NCBI GenBank assembly: GCA_965285935.1
Contig: OZ260661.1
Location: 91,884,001-91,948,000, forward strand
DNA: 64,000 nucleotides
From: Ophelia neglecta
Lineage: Eukaryota
Direction: 5' to 3'
Of the stretch, positions 25,601 through 40,900 are shown piece after piece. The translations under genes and the position numbers were made by a program. Numbering within the stretch: position 1 is the stretch's first letter; every line of letters starts with the position of its first letter. Below the pieces are notes generated by a model. The model was not told the origin of the DNA and searched no databases. It saw only the letters and a list, made by a program, of their open reading frames with translations.

Positions 25601-28600
25601 ATTGATTCAGTGGTTGTGTCTCACAGCCCAGAGTTCAAAGTCATTTCCATTGTAAAAGAGCCCCTATCATTAGGGGCTTGCCATGTGTTAAAGATGCTCT
25701 GTGTTAAGTTTCTAGTAAGGTTCAAATGATTAGAGTCCTTCTGACTGACTGAGTAAAACTCTCTTGGAATTCGTCCAACTTGTATAAATGCATGTCAACT
25801 CTTGCCATTGACTTTCACCCCCAGAAATGTTTAATGAGATTATTCTTTTAAGTCTTGGGTGATTACTACTTAAAGAAAAAATGAGGCTACAAAGGCCAAG
25901 CTGCATGTACCAACTTCCTATTTATAAAACATCTAGCCTACACAATGATAAATGTGTGTGCCAGCTGGCTAGATTCAGATGTTACTCATTTCTAGGTAGA
26001 CACACTTAAACATGTTTCATCATCCTGCAAACAGATGAACTGTCAATTTAATAAGGTGTAAAACCCACCATGATTGCTATTTAAATTTAAAAAAGGCCAG
26101 AGTTTTGTTCACACTGGTATTTATCCTGACAGGTGAGGAGCTCTCATTATCAATTTTTCCCTGGTGGAAGTAGTTATTACTGATCAATTTCTTTACAGGG
26201 TCAAATGTGGTTAATTTGAGCCATACTAAATTATATGTTTGGTTGAAAAAACACCTAGTTTTTGTGATTATAAGCTTTGTGTGCTAGTCACAGATACCAC
26301 CTGCCACACATGTCTCTTATAAATGCCAGAGAAACATGGAATATCACCATTTCTCATGGAAATCAGTGGACATTTTTCTAATTGAAAAAGGACAAGAGAC
26401 AATATCCTTTCCTTTCTTCATTTCATCATTCCTGTATTATAGGGATATGAAAGTGAATAGGAAATTTTAAAAGGAATATATTCATGCTATGGGAAGATGG
26501 CATTAACTTGTATGGTTGATCTGGTTTTGTTTTGCTAGGGATGCCTTTGGGATGGACTTCAAACCTCTGGTCAAAATCTGATTCATTACTAGCCATTAAT
26601 TTTAATGCAAGGCAATGAAGATGTGAACAAAATAAAACAATTGAAGCACATCGAGAGGAATTGTTTTAGGCCATCATTTGAATGGTCTTTGTGTGGTGCC
26701 TTTCTCTGGTGTGTTGTCACATAATGTAACTGTTTTATTAAATTAGCCACACAAAGATTCTGAACACTTTCCTTAGATTGTCATCTCAGTCCTCGGGTAC
26801 TCTGATAAATAATGTGATTATGATTCAATTATTGTAACTCTGTCAACTCCAATTGAGTTCTAGGCCTTCTGGCCTTTGTGGTTGCTCTAATCAAAAGTTT
26901 GCTCAAGTTTGACCTCTGTGGAAACTGTTAGCATTTTTGCAATTTTACACAAACTCCTTCATTTTTCAATTTCAACACTTCTATTCTGAGCCTTAATTAT
27001 TGCAGTCTTCCAAATATTAATCAGATGACTTTGGCATGGGGAATTGAATGGTAGAACTTGTGCATGTGGCCGGCCAGACTTAAATATGCACATGGCTAGC
27101 CGTCTCCTGGGAGAACCTGCTTCATCCAATTATTCAACATGGCTTAAATACATCAGGATTATCATCTTAGGCTTATGAGTGGTCACAATTTCATTTCCAT
27201 ATTGGAAATCATATCCATTTGCCATACCAGGTAATGGTTGAAGACTGAGCAAGTCAGTGTCATTGAGAACTTGATGTTTTGAGGATTATTCTTCTTTAGT
27301 TGGGTTTGGCTTAATATTTATATTATTGGAAATAGGAACAGGTTAAAGTGCATATTTTGTTTGGAATTTACAAACTGATATTTATTTTTACAACTGGCAT
27401 TGAACACATGTCGAGAGCCATGCTGTATTAAATCACAGTGACAACCAAATTAGTGTACACCCGATATATTTGCACTTATGTATTGCCAAAAAACATACCA
27501 GGTACATGGGGCCTATAAAGGTTTATTGGAAATAGGATAGCGAATGACAACAATTTTGATGTAGATTCATACAAAGAAGACCATTCCATGTAGACAGACA
27601 ATATCTGTCCTCACACTTTAACACTAATAAACAGTGCAGTTAATTTTACAAATGCATCTGAGACCATGGAATTGTAATTTAGATGGACTTTTTACTTTGT
27701 ATGTTGCTGTGTGGTAAGTAGTTGGTCACCTGTATTGAACAGCTGAGTCACAGTTTGATATTTGTCATCTTTGATTGCATAGAAGGAACACTCAGTTGAT
27801 ACTACAAAGTGCGCCTTAAAACTAGGGAGAGTTGATGACAAGTGCAAAGAAAAATATCATATCCAAATAGTTAAATTTTGTCAAGTCTTGTGGGCAATCT
27901 GTAGCCTGTAGGTGGTCGCTGTAACAAATGAATGGAGGAAATAAATATATGATTATATGAATGTATAACATTAGACATCAGGTCACAGACTGGCTCTCCA
28001 GTGTATGGTTCAGGGGAATAAATCTTTATTCTGACTTTATCACAAGGATACCAAACACAAGTACATGTCAATCGCAACTGGTGATATCACATGGCAGTTT
28101 GTGGCAGAAAGTTATGATTTTCTTATCAGCATGGTCTAGTTCCTATTGTTTGAGTTGTCTTCTCCAGTGTTTGTCATTGACCAGAGATCTTGGTAATTAT
28201 ACTGTATAGTTATTGGTTTACCTCTCTGACTATCTCTTCTGTGATAGGTTTGTTTTTTGTTTGTAAACAACCTGTTTACCCACAGGAGCCCAGAATCATG
28301 TCTGCCGGTCATCTTTGTTTACACTGACTTATACTGGGACGATGACATCTGGTCCTAGATACATAGATCACCTGTAGACTGATAATACCATCTATATTAC
28401 TCTGAACTAGATGCAGTATGATTTAACCAGTTAACTTACAACAGAAGGTTAAAAAACGTGAACCCTGATTAAAAGAGGCCGTGTTGGAATCATTGAATGT
28501 AATTGTAAAAGTGTATGAAATACATGACATTACAGTTTAAAGTTTTCATATCTTGTGATAATGTATTTAATTATTAAACTTAAGACTGCATTCTGTAGAG

Positions 28601-28650
28601 CATTCATATCAATTTATTTTGTTTAATAATTTCTTATTCTCTTTCCACAG

Positions 28651-28913
28651 GAGGTTGAATTACTGGCTCGGATAGAGGAGAAGTTACACGTGCCAGACAA
28701 ACTAAGGAAGCACATGTTTCAGGATGTGTGCGACGTCTGCCAAACTCACGTTCAATATCTAAAAGGGGAGGCATTGAAGATGGTGCAGTCACTGGAGCGT
28801 ACCCAGACGGAGCTAAATGCCCCCCTCAGGCAGGGTGGGGTCAAGATGGGGTCCCCCAGGAATGTGGTACAGCTACCACGTACCACTCCCCACTTCAGTC
28901 CTGCACATCACAG
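28651..28913 (+). CDS. kif26: KIF26A/B-like kinesin, coding exon B (second CxxC motif)
   Basis: Acceptor ttcttattctctttccacag|G and donor CAG|gtaagt; 263 nt, phase 0/2. EVELLARIEEKLHVPDKLRK...CDVCQTHVQYLKGEALKMVQSLE resembles KIF26B DKLQVP...CDICATHLNQLKQEAIQMV. In frame with exon A. Confidence 0.94.
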
Positions 28914-31900
28914 GTAAGTCATTACACTTATAAAAGTGAAAATGTCTGCAGATTTAAATTTTAACACCCCTCTACACCCTCTCTTCAAGCCTTCATAGCC
29001 AGTCTTGTTATGAAGGAATGTATATTAATAAAATAAAAATATGATTACCCATTTTCTCACCCCTTGTATTTAAAATGTCATTAAAAGGCTATATTGAAAG
29101 GCAGAGAGGCTTGTTAATGTATTACATTGAACCTGCTCAAGTTAAACGCTTTCAACTCTTAATGTCTGTAACAAAAGGGGTATTTGCCCTTTTTAGAGGG
29201 CTGTAGGGCTGAAAAAGTTAAATTGTTGAAAAGAATTTATGATTTACTAATCACTTTGAATAAAAAAAATGCAAATCAGGTTATAACCACAGGAAATGTG
29301 GATTCTATCAAAGAGAGTATTGATAAATAATGTACAACTTTATCCAATGATACTGTTTTTGAAACCTTGACTTACAGTTATATATGTACCAGGTACATGT
29401 ATGATATACTGAGTCATTTCAGAGTAATCTCATTAGGAGCTTGAGGACTTTATAAACTGACTTACCTGCTCTAAGATTTATTTTGAGTCAGACCATATGT
29501 TTACCTTTATATCAGAACTGTGATAGGGACAATAATTGAGACTTGTTGGCAGAGTAGGTTTGATGTTATTTTATGGTGTAATGCAGTATATGCCAAATAC
29601 CAAACATCCTTGAGTGTATTATGACAAGCTAAACTCTGAGAGCTGGTGTTGAAGGCAGGTTTACTGAATAGAGCGCTTAGATTTCCTAAATATTGGCCAA
29701 GTCTAATGGGCAGAGACAGCACTAAAAACAATAATGTTGATTGAGTAAACAGTTGTCTCCCGAGCCTTTGAGATGCCATCCTTGGTCAGGGCTGGAGGGT
29801 CTCCGGGGCTCACAACAAGATCCCTTGTACTCCTATCTAACTATTTACTTCTAGGTGTATATTATCTCTTGGCCTTACCATGGGTTCAATGTTAGACTAC
29901 ACAAAATACTGCCAAGAGGCATAATATTAAAGTTTTAGGAATTCTTCTGAAAGATTTCTGAAAGAAGTAAAAATAACCTGATCATATCAAACTTTGCATA
30001 ATAATAACTGTATACATTTTTTTCATTTTTTGTATGTTCACTTGGAATTTATTAAATTGTTAGTACACAATACATCATTTGTTATACTGTCAATGACTGT
30101 ACATTTGAGCTGCTGTGAGTGACAACATGCCACGGCGGTATTGTGAAGAATGCAGGTCAGGCATGAGCATGAATATTAACTGGAAATGCACTTGAGATAA
30201 AATCAGTTTCTTGAATTTGGAATGCCCAAATGAGTTTAATCAGATCTATGAGAATAAAGTGGAGAATTGGAGATGAGCAGCAAGTTGTTATCTGAAATAG
30301 CAACCAATGGGCCACGGGGGATGGTCACTTGTCTCTCTGCCTTTGTTTTGTGATTAATGATGCGGTCGTGGAATATTTTATGCCATAGTTGTATCTCACA
30401 ATCAACCTTGTTGATCAGACTTGTATCTTCTTTTTATCTATTCCTAGAAGATGAAATTGGATTAATAGCACTTTGCCCTGGATTGGTTATTGACCTGTCT
30501 GTTTTATTAACAAAATACATGATTAAAACCTGACTTGTCTTACAAACAGGCAAAATATCTGTTGTACTGTCAAAAATACATTAAATAGACCTGTATATAT
30601 AAAAAAAAAACTGGCACTACTGTAAGCAGCATTACAAAATAACTGTGTGAATGAATCAGGATAATTTTACATCTCTTAAAATATTTTGGTTGAAAGCATT
30701 TAAAATTTTAAGGAATACTTCTCAGAAAGTAGTGTAATTTCCTGCCAAGAGAGAAGTGTTGGGTACTACTTTGGTAGGTTCATCTTTATGGCATGCAAGT
30801 AGCTTCCAGACATAAAATGAATTACACTAAGTGAAAGTTTCAGCAATATTTATTATGAATAAATGATGTGCACATTTTTCATTTAATTCATATTTAATTG
30901 CTTAAATCATCTGAACTGAGGTTGTTTTAGTCAGCTGGCTACGTAGTTTGGAGTAATTGCTTCTAGTTGTGATATATTCAACAGGGGGCAGCACTGTACT
31001 CAATAACAGCTAACAGCTTAGTGGGAGTTTTGGAAATAATTATACTTTTGAGGTTATCACTTGAGCCTAGAACACATTCAACACCCTAGGTTGTTTACTG
31101 AATATTGTGTTTTTATTTATTAAGTGTTACCTTGTTTGGCAGCAAGTTAATTATTTTAAGTTACAGTACCATCAAAAAAATCTTGAAAAGTAGTACACAA
31201 ATCAAAACATGAAACCAGATGAATTTATTTCAGCTATAATACATGTACCGGTACTTTTCTAGGGCAAGCATTGCATAGGAGAAATACAATCCAGTTCATG
31301 TTTATACTGTTTATTGAAAGAGCCTGTCATTAATATAGTATCTATAAGCCTCCTCTCAGCATCCTTTGTGATCTGACATATAGGACAGTCTCAGCGGACA
31401 TGTAATAAGTAGCAGTGAATGTTCAGTAGCAGGTCTAAGGTCTTATATAGGGGGCCAGGTCTGTTATCAGGGGTGGGGGGGGGGGAGGGATAACAGTCTC
31501 AGAGTGGAGGTACCCATCACATGCCCTCTAGAGACTCTTTTGAGCAATAATAATGGAGATATTGATCCCTAAGTCTCCCCTCAAAATCTGGCAATGAATT
31601 TCATTCTTCTAGTATTCAGATGGACATGAAACTTTTAGAAGCCCTGAGCACAATGCTCTGAATTAGCAGAACTCAAATTAGATTATGGATATTTGCCTGA
31701 GAGAGGCTGATCTGATTAGAGCAACAAGACTGACCAGCAGTTCAGATCTAACATTGTGCAAGTGTGGATGGCCTGTTGACAAATGCAATTGATGGGCGGA
31801 AGCTCTTAACACTGACTCATCTTAGAAACATATGACTGACTCTGATACAGTACTGTTTTCATTTGTGACAATTAGGTATTTTTGCTAACAACCATGATGA

Positions 31901-34900
31901 TAGATTCACAGTTACCTCATTCCTGTTTCACAATCAAAAGGTTATTTTGTGTTTTAAAATATTCAAAGAAAATTTTACAGCGTATAACAGAAGTTGGCTT
32001 TAAAAAACAAAATTGCCACTTTCTGGATATTAAAATAAGTGTACCAAAGTTTGGTCTTTCAAACATGGGTGTGTAAACACTGGTACCCTCCCCCAATAAG
32101 TCCTACTATCTAAAATTGCCAGCATGAAAATAATCAGTTCTCATTGATTTTCTGCAATAAGTCTACAGGTGCACAGCCTAATTCAATATAGTTTTATAAA
32201 AGGCTTAAGACATGTTCATGAAGCCTACTATATTTCCAAACAGAAAAAGATCTTTGATCAGATCAATTTTAACTTGTCTCATGGCAGTGATTGAAGCTGG
32301 CAGATTGCAATAGAAATGAGGCTTATCCAGGCATTTCTAGGGACCGTCAGAAAGTATTTGAGGCATCAAAAGTCACAAAAACTGTATATAAATAAAAAGA
32401 TGCCTCAGATTCATGTGAATCTGAAATGCAGCCAGGGCAGTAAGCAGTCATAACATGGCAGGAGCACAAGTCAGACTCTCTTTGATCTGGTATTTTGATA
32501 GATCATATAAAAGAGAGAAAGGTATGCAGGTAAACTGCAAAGGTGCTCATCCACTCAGCTTCACCTCATCCACTGGCGAATGGTTCTACAAAGTCACTAG
32601 TTTATCATATTAATGCCAGCCAAGTTGTTGAATGTTCCAATGCCATAGGTCATAAGAGAATATAATTTAAAAGAACAAGACTTTTACATTGCCTATATAC
32701 ATGTATGCAACCAAATTATTAACTGAAATCTTATGAAAACAGGTATAAAATTGCATAAGTGATTTAATAAATCATGAGGATGGAAGATTTCACCCATTGA
32801 TTTATTAGAATTTGAATCAGGACAGTCTTCTTTGTTCAGCAAGAAACACTGATGACATTTTGCAGTTTCTTGGAATTTAAGTGCCCTCCCTTTCACTGGA
32901 TCTTCAATTTATGTTAAAGTCTAAATATATCACGGTCATATTAGTTTTGTCATGAGGATGGGTTATATCAATTATTATAATAGATCATGTCACTTAGATT
33001 TAGATGAGGAATTATAGGGTACCTCAAATTGAGATCAATATGTACAAGACCATGAGTTTCTGTAGACTTAACAATTGATATAATATCAGAGAAGCTAAGC
33101 CAAAATATATTAGATTTTTAGAATATATTAGTAAATAAGGCTTCTGTGGATGTGAAATTTGCTTTCTTTTCATCAGCAGGATATTTTATATTACTTGTTG
33201 TGGTACGGTGGTCTCTTATAAAGATCTGTCTACTGTTAATTTGAGATATTTCAGAATGTTTGCAGTGCAATGTTTTCCTTGTACATGAATGTCTATTTTC
33301 ACAGTGTAACTGTTTGATCAATGTTACTGTACATTGGCCATCACCTGTGTTCTAACAACAGTTCATCCCTATACCCAGGAGGGTTTGGAGCCTTTGGTTC
33401 TAGCCATGCTTGGAGCTACAACTTTACAATTATAATAAAAATCCTAGGTATGTGTGCTGACGAAGCAAATAGTGACAATTGTAGCTGAGTGGGAGTGCAA
33501 ATTATCAGCATGTCTCAAATGAAGCAGCTTTCAAAATGAACAATCATAATATTTATCCAGTAAATGGGTTCACTGCTATTACCAATATACGTTTGCTGAT
33601 CATGCACCACAGTGAAGTGTTTGCTTGTAGCTTGTAAGAAAGAGCTTTGTCTGGAGAAGAAACGATGTCTTCTTAGCAGGGAGTCTGCTGTCAAAATCAT
33701 CGTCAGTTCAGGGCCGATTTTGACAGTTTAGGCCAAAAACTTTCGAATCAGCCAAAACTTTATAATTGAGCTGTGTTTACCAAACACCTTCTTTTAAAAC
33801 ATATGTTCATGTTTTACCCACTATATTTTGTCACTATTTCCACTGCAAGGCACTAGGCAAAATTGAATAAAGAGGAGAAGTAACTATCTTTTATGTTCCA
33901 TAAAACAGGTTCTCAAAAACCACAGACATTAAATGAACAAAACATTTCCAAAATCCCGAATGCCGCTAAACATTACATGCAACCCATTATTTTGCTTTAA
34001 AGAAGTATGTACAAGTACCTGTTTAAATGTAAAGTGAATGCTTCATTAACAAAAAGATAATTTATTGGTAAACATTAATTTATCAGTAAACATTAATACT
34101 TGTAGGAATCTATTGTCCAAAGGCTTTTCAACTTAAACAGTTGAATTGCTTGTGATGTATGCACAATTATCATTATGTAATATCCTCTTGGCATGATGGG
34201 TTAATGATATATTGTTGTATTTAAAGGTATAATTATAATAATGTAAATATCAGGAAGCCCCTATGTAAATACCTCTCAACTATACCATGTGGGTTCCTTG
34301 TCTATAGGTGTTTTATATAATATTGTATAACATGATCAAAAATTTATGATTTCTGTTAACATATGGGCATTAATTGAACTAGGTCCGAAGCAATAATCCA
34401 TTTTTGGCTTACGTAACAAGATGATTAAAGTGATTAATGCTATATGAAACATATCAACAAGTATACTTAATTATTTTGTCTAATTAAATATGGAATCCCT
34501 TTTGAGAATAAGGTAAGGACTTTTTATAGAAAAATAACAAATGTTAAAATAAAGGGAAATGTAATGTGGTTTGCTATTTAAGTAATGAATTGAGAATGAC
34601 ATCTATCTAATACCTAAATTCCAGCTTTCACTGCTTTAAATAATCAATTGATAAATTACTTTAGCCTATAAGAATATGAAATACCTGAACAGTAGCTAAT
34701 TGAACAAGGTACAGAGAAAAAATCCTGGCAGAATGGGGGGAAGGGTCATTTTATATTTTAGTTTGTTCCATTAATTGGCACAAGCCAACTAGGACAGAGA
34801 CATGTATACATGAACATTGTATTTGCCATCTATTGGCCAGTAGCACCTTGTCAGTGAAGGGGAGAGGGGGGGTGGCTGTATTTAGGAGCACTGCCATTGA

Positions 34901-37900
34901 CAGGTTCTATATTATACAGGTCCATCTCTCCATCTTCATATTTTGTGATTAGGTTACAGTGAGTTATACATAGTTGGCGGTAATGACAAGCTGTATAGTA
35001 TGATACATTGTACATGTTTCAAAAATCTATCATTTTGTCAAATAATACTGACATATTCTTTGTGAAGCTGGCATGTGTTATGATACATTGAGACAGGAAC
35101 GGATGTGGTTTTAACAGAATGTCATAGCCAGGCAGCCCAGAATGAATGAATATAAGGCACAGTCTTTTTGCACTAGCTCTTAGAAGAAATTAGTTAGAAA
35201 ATCTTTAAGATAGACATATTTTATCTATTAAATATATAAAGCCTTCCAAATTGAAAGCCCACTTAGCATGTATTTAAAGGCTTGTCCTTCTTGTTGCATA
35301 GGTGTGTGACAACTGTATTGTATGTGTTTACAAACATTTAATCTGTTGTCAATATCAGGTTTCTGCAGATAACCTAAAAGACTATTGAACTTAAAAGAAC
35401 GTTCAGTTGTCAGTGACAGTAAATCCCCTGCTTGAATTACTTCCTCTGAAACGAACAGGTCTTCAATGTCACTAAATGTCTTTGACACACACAGAATGCA
35501 TATCCTGTCTATACTGTTGTATGAACACTGCCATTGAACTGTTTTTATACAATTGGTTCATAGTAAAACCTAGGCATATATAGATTTAGTATGTTACATT
35601 ATCAAAGGGAGAAAGAGTTCACTTGAAGGAGTCACAATTATATAGTTCATCCCGTCTATACAAACATATGTTCCCACCAAAATTAAATGTTCACTCTGTA
35701 TGTCTCTTTGTTAAATCCCTGACTAAAAAATAAGTAATTCCTGTAAAACTTGTGTGGAGTTAAAAAGTGCAAAATTTATTTCAACTCCTGCTTTTTTAGT
35801 ATTTTAAATATATAATATTCAATGCTTGCTTTTTTTCTCGGAATTTTGAATATATATGGATTCACTAAACCAAAGTACATTTCAACTTTTTAAAGCTTGA
35901 ATAATTTCAAAAGAAATGTTAACACACATAGTGTAAAGCATATAAATGGGTTTATAGTTTTTAACAGACTGTTTTGTTTACAACCATGTCTACCTGCTTT
36001 TAACACATGAATGATAAATATAAAGAAGTACATTTAACAGTTTACTGACTTCTTTAATTGCATTATTTATACACTACAATATTATTAAAGTGTTATTTAT
36101 CCTGTCTATGGGTCATCAATATTCTGTATGCTGTTTATATATTGACTGTGTTGTCCAGACACTTACAAAGCATCAAGCCCTTTGCTTGTGACACTGGCAC
36201 AAACTCCTTTTTTCATACAGCTCAGGCAGAATAATTAAAAGTAATATCTGCCCCCTGGGGGGCTATAGGGTACTAGCCACTACCACCTGCTTTGTCTAGG
36301 GTCACTCCTCACCAGCAGATGGAGGAAAGAAAAGATCAAATTCATTGCTTTTGGCTCTCAATTTTCTACCTGGATGGGCACATTTAAGTAATCAATAATT
36401 GTAAAGTGTGGTTGGCATAAGCTTCTTAAGAATTCATTTCAGTCCATCTCTAAATAAATCTATAAGTGTCCTCTGCTAGATGACCATAAATCCACCTCCA
36501 CAATCTGCATGTAGAATGTATTCCAATACTTAAAGTTGAACATGGATTGTATATTGGGTTCTTAAGTATATTTATGTGACATGCAGAACATGGCAATAAA
36601 TGTATTTAGATGCTTTTATAAAGTGTAAGTGTGGACTTCACTGGGTGGCTGGCTTTATGCTGACCTTTCTTATTGCGGGTAAAATACTGGCTCTTGTATT
36701 GACTAAGAAATAACTACTATTAAACTAAAAAGTGGCGAATATTAGGAGTCATTTATCAAATGAGTGGTAACATGATTGTATGTAACTGACATATTACTGT
36801 GGTTGAACTATTCTTAACACCAAACCGTAGGGGGAAAAGGCAGCCATAACCACATTGGACTATATCATGGCCTGGATTATTTGTTAATATGTGAAAAGCA
36901 AGTGTTCTAGTGTATATTAAAATAAAGTATATGACATGTTGATGGAGACAGCTGCTGCATTTAACTTCTCAATAAAGATTTGATGTTCCTGTAAAAGACT
37001 CATAAAAGACTTGCATAAGATAGCAATATACATTTGTATAAGATTTGGAATTTTGTGGTTTAATGACACTTACATGTAAGCACTATTTGTATTAAAGAAA
37101 AAGTGTTTGAAATTATGACCAAAATACTTCCTTGAAAAACATATTAACTAGAAGAAATCTGAACTCTGCTCTAAATAAATGTGTTAGCTTTCCTATATCA
37201 GTGTCCTTGTCTACCAGGGAAGAAATCGGTGATAAGGTTTCCAATTTTCTTTAATTAATATGGTTAGTTTCCTGTCATAAAATCAAGAAGCAACCCACAA
37301 CTCTGTTTTTCTGATCAATTTCAGTTTTATTTTGCCAGCAGATGCTTTCCCTTGATTACAATGTGTCCCTTGTGTGTTTGATCAAAGCAGGTATGATCCT
37401 GCATAGTATTATCATCTCAATCTGAGTCTATTTCCATCTGATGTGTTCATAGCTTATTATATTCCAGTCACTCTCTGCTGTTTGTGGTCGAATGTGCTTC
37501 CCATTACCATATTCTGTGGCAAGCACTTAATAGAATTTCTGAAAAAAACTCATTTTAATTCATATTTTTTACAGATGAAACAGGTTATCTAATTCCCAAA
37601 TGACATTTTGACATCATAATCAATATCCTGTGTATGATCAGCTCATTACAACCAGGTAGCAACTGCCTGCCATGACTTTCAATAATTTCTTCATTAAACT
37701 ATCTGCATTTTTTTGCGGAGAAACTCTTGTCAAATGCAGTCAAAAAAGCATGCTCTTTCAATTGAACAGATTGTAATGTTACAACCCTCCATTTTTTCAC
37801 TGGTAAATGCAGATTTTGTCAATAGGCTCCTGCAACAAGGTTGTTACTAGCCAGTTTTTCTCTTGTGCAGCACATGCTGTTTCATGTAGCTGTGTAATTT

Positions 37901-40900
37901 GGTCACATTTGGTGGGGATGATGCCTGATTTATCTTTGGTAACTGTAACTTTATTTCTCAAAGCCTGTGTCAATCATGCCTAGCCACAAAGGCCATCTGT
38001 GATGGGCTGAGGGCGAGACAGGGGGATTAGATGACCTGGTGTGGTACAGGTGTGAGTTGCTGTCAATGACACCTTTTGTTCATGATGGCCCCATTTCTGC
38101 TGAACACATGGACAGATTTAATCTTTTTTTTTGCCCAACAAAACATTTTGGTCTTTGTTTAAAAAAATCTGAATAGGTGTTAGTCATTTTGAAAAAATGA
38201 TAAAATAACACCTCGAGGTATAATATAATTCTAGGTATTAAAAACTGTAATCCATTTTGAATTATAAAATATACTATTTTTTATGAAAATGTCTCTATTT
38301 GATTTATGGTAGATGGATGAGTCATTTACAAGGAGTGAGACACCTACTACCTATTTTGTATTAAATAAAGATTGTTTGCTTTCACTGTTCACATTTTTTC
38401 AGATCATGCTAAGTGCATTTGTAGTTGAGGTCGTTTTTATCTCAGTGATGCTAAAAGAGAAAGTTTAAGGCAATTATGATATTAATTATTGAAATTTGTT
38501 ATCCTTGGGCACCTGTACCTATAGGTATACGTGTATATATATAGTCATTGAATGGATGTGCAAAATAGAAAAGGAACTGTTTGGCAGCTTATTACTTAGT
38601 GATGTTCTTTAAAGTAATTCACTACTAATTGATGGCCCACTGCAGGTGCTAAATTGTTCTGGAAATCAGTCAAATGAAACCCATAAATTATCTAACACAT
38701 AACACTGAACAATGGGCTATCATCCTAATAAATGAGAAATTCATTCCAGGTTTGATATGAATTAATGTTGACAAAAGCACAGGGCACTGCTCCAGTCAGA
38801 CCTGGTGGTGCTGGCTCGGCCTCTATGGGACATCAGGATTATCTTGTGAATCCCATTGATCAGCTTCAAAGGCACTAAACAATCAGCTCATCAAATGAGC
38901 TTCAATGATATTTTGCAGTCTATCCATTACAGTCTTTTGAATAAAAAACCTGTTAGGTTGATTAGTCAGTGATGATCCGGATAGGATAGTGCTGGGAGAT
39001 AACATATTCCAGCTCCAAACTGACCTCATCTCAAAGCTCCCTACCAATTTCAATTTATATGCAATCTTTGGAATATCTTGAATAACCAATTTTGTGAAGT
39101 TGCATTTATATTTCATAAATAATAGTTCATAAATTTGCAATAGACTCAGTTTATTGACGGTATGACCATGCCTTTAGGGGTGAAGACAGCCATGGCTTCC
39201 CTGTTTACAGTTGTGTCACTCTCTTGTGTCCACCAACTGATAAGCCAGTGATAGTTTTCCTAGTGCCTAGGGGCTAAAACTATGAACCATCTTTAAGGGT
39301 AGGAACAGTACAGTTGTTATTACTATTAAAAAAAATGATGAGAAGGCCACAAAGCCACCTGCTTTGGCTTTCAATGGTATAATCACTGGCTGTAATGTGC
39401 TATTATTCACGCTTTGCTGTCTGGCAAACAGATTTGTAGACAGCGGGATGTCAGCCTGTGTTCATTGTTTCCTAGAAATGAGCCCTTTCAAGTTAGTGCA
39501 GCACTCCTGTGAGCATGCTGGCCCTTGATATGGGGTCAGCATCTTTAGAGGGCTTCAAACAGACCAGCCGCCTGGCAAGGGCAACAGGGCACTAATTAGG
39601 GCAGGGTGGTAAGGGTGTCTACCCTGATATCTATACCCCTGGGACTGAGAAGAGGTGGGCACATGACCATAACTATTTACACAATCAAAGGCAAGTGTCC
39701 ATCCCTGGGAATGTATTCAGTGACAACTTGGCACTGTTGAATGATAGTAGCTTTGAGATAGTAGTAATAAAATACCACAGTTAAAAACATAAACCAGTGC
39801 TGAGAGATTTGGCCTTGTGTCCCAGAGCTGAAGACTAAATCTTTCCTGACAGCCTACATATAGTATTGAGTGACCGAGCTGATAAAGGATTTCTATCAGA
39901 TGCTATTGGTCCATTAAGAGCCATGTGACAGGGATAGTTTGCCATTTGCCAGTCAGGCTCTTAGTGGAGGGCAAGACCTCTCTACAGTCAACCGATGATA
40001 CTGTCAGTGGTGGTGTGAACCAAGTGTGGCCACTCAACTGAAAGTGACCGGGGACTAGAATGTATGCCACTTGTTTCCTGACATGATGACAGTGTTGCTC
40101 AGTACATAGCAGGTTTGATGAAACAAATATCAAGGAAAAAGAAACTGTAAACCCTAGTTGATTCTTCCAACAACTGTTCTGCTCAACTTTAGAGAACATT
40201 AAGTAGCTGTAGAACTTTGGTGTGGATGGAGAAGCTATTTGCCGGACTATTTCATGCATGCTGGCTTCAGCAACTGGAGATGCATGCCGCGGCAGTCAGC
40301 TGATCATCTGGAGTTACAGTTTATCCAGGGAGCGTGGCAGGGCTCACTGAGGGCGGGAACGTTAGGTCTCGGCATTGGACATGTTATGGTTGCCATTGGA
40401 TAACTGGATATTATATTCCTTGTATTCAGAGACTGTTCAGACAGTGGGCCACGAGAGTGCATGGAACTCAGTTGATTAGCACAGACTACTAGGCCTACAT
40501 GTGTGTTACAGATGTGATGCTATTCTACCTACAGGACTAACTGTGTGTGTGGGATACCGACAACTTTATTACCAACCAGCCATGTTCATACAGTCAAACA
40601 TACATGCATTCTGGCATAATCAATCATTACCAACCCCATCACTGGATTTTATATTATCAACAAATTAATAAGGAGTACTGTAGATTATTAGGAATTTCAT
40701 GTTGTCAAGCATATTTCATGATTTAATACAATCAATAGATCTTATTGATCAGCTGGACAATTCACACATAGGCCGTTGCATTGTACAGTTGCTAACCATA
40801 TTACAGGTAAGAACTTTGCATCTTAAAGATTTCACAGACCAAGTTTGTATTTAACTCATTCCATTGCTGAGTGTGTATGTAATATATCTGTAAAATGGAC

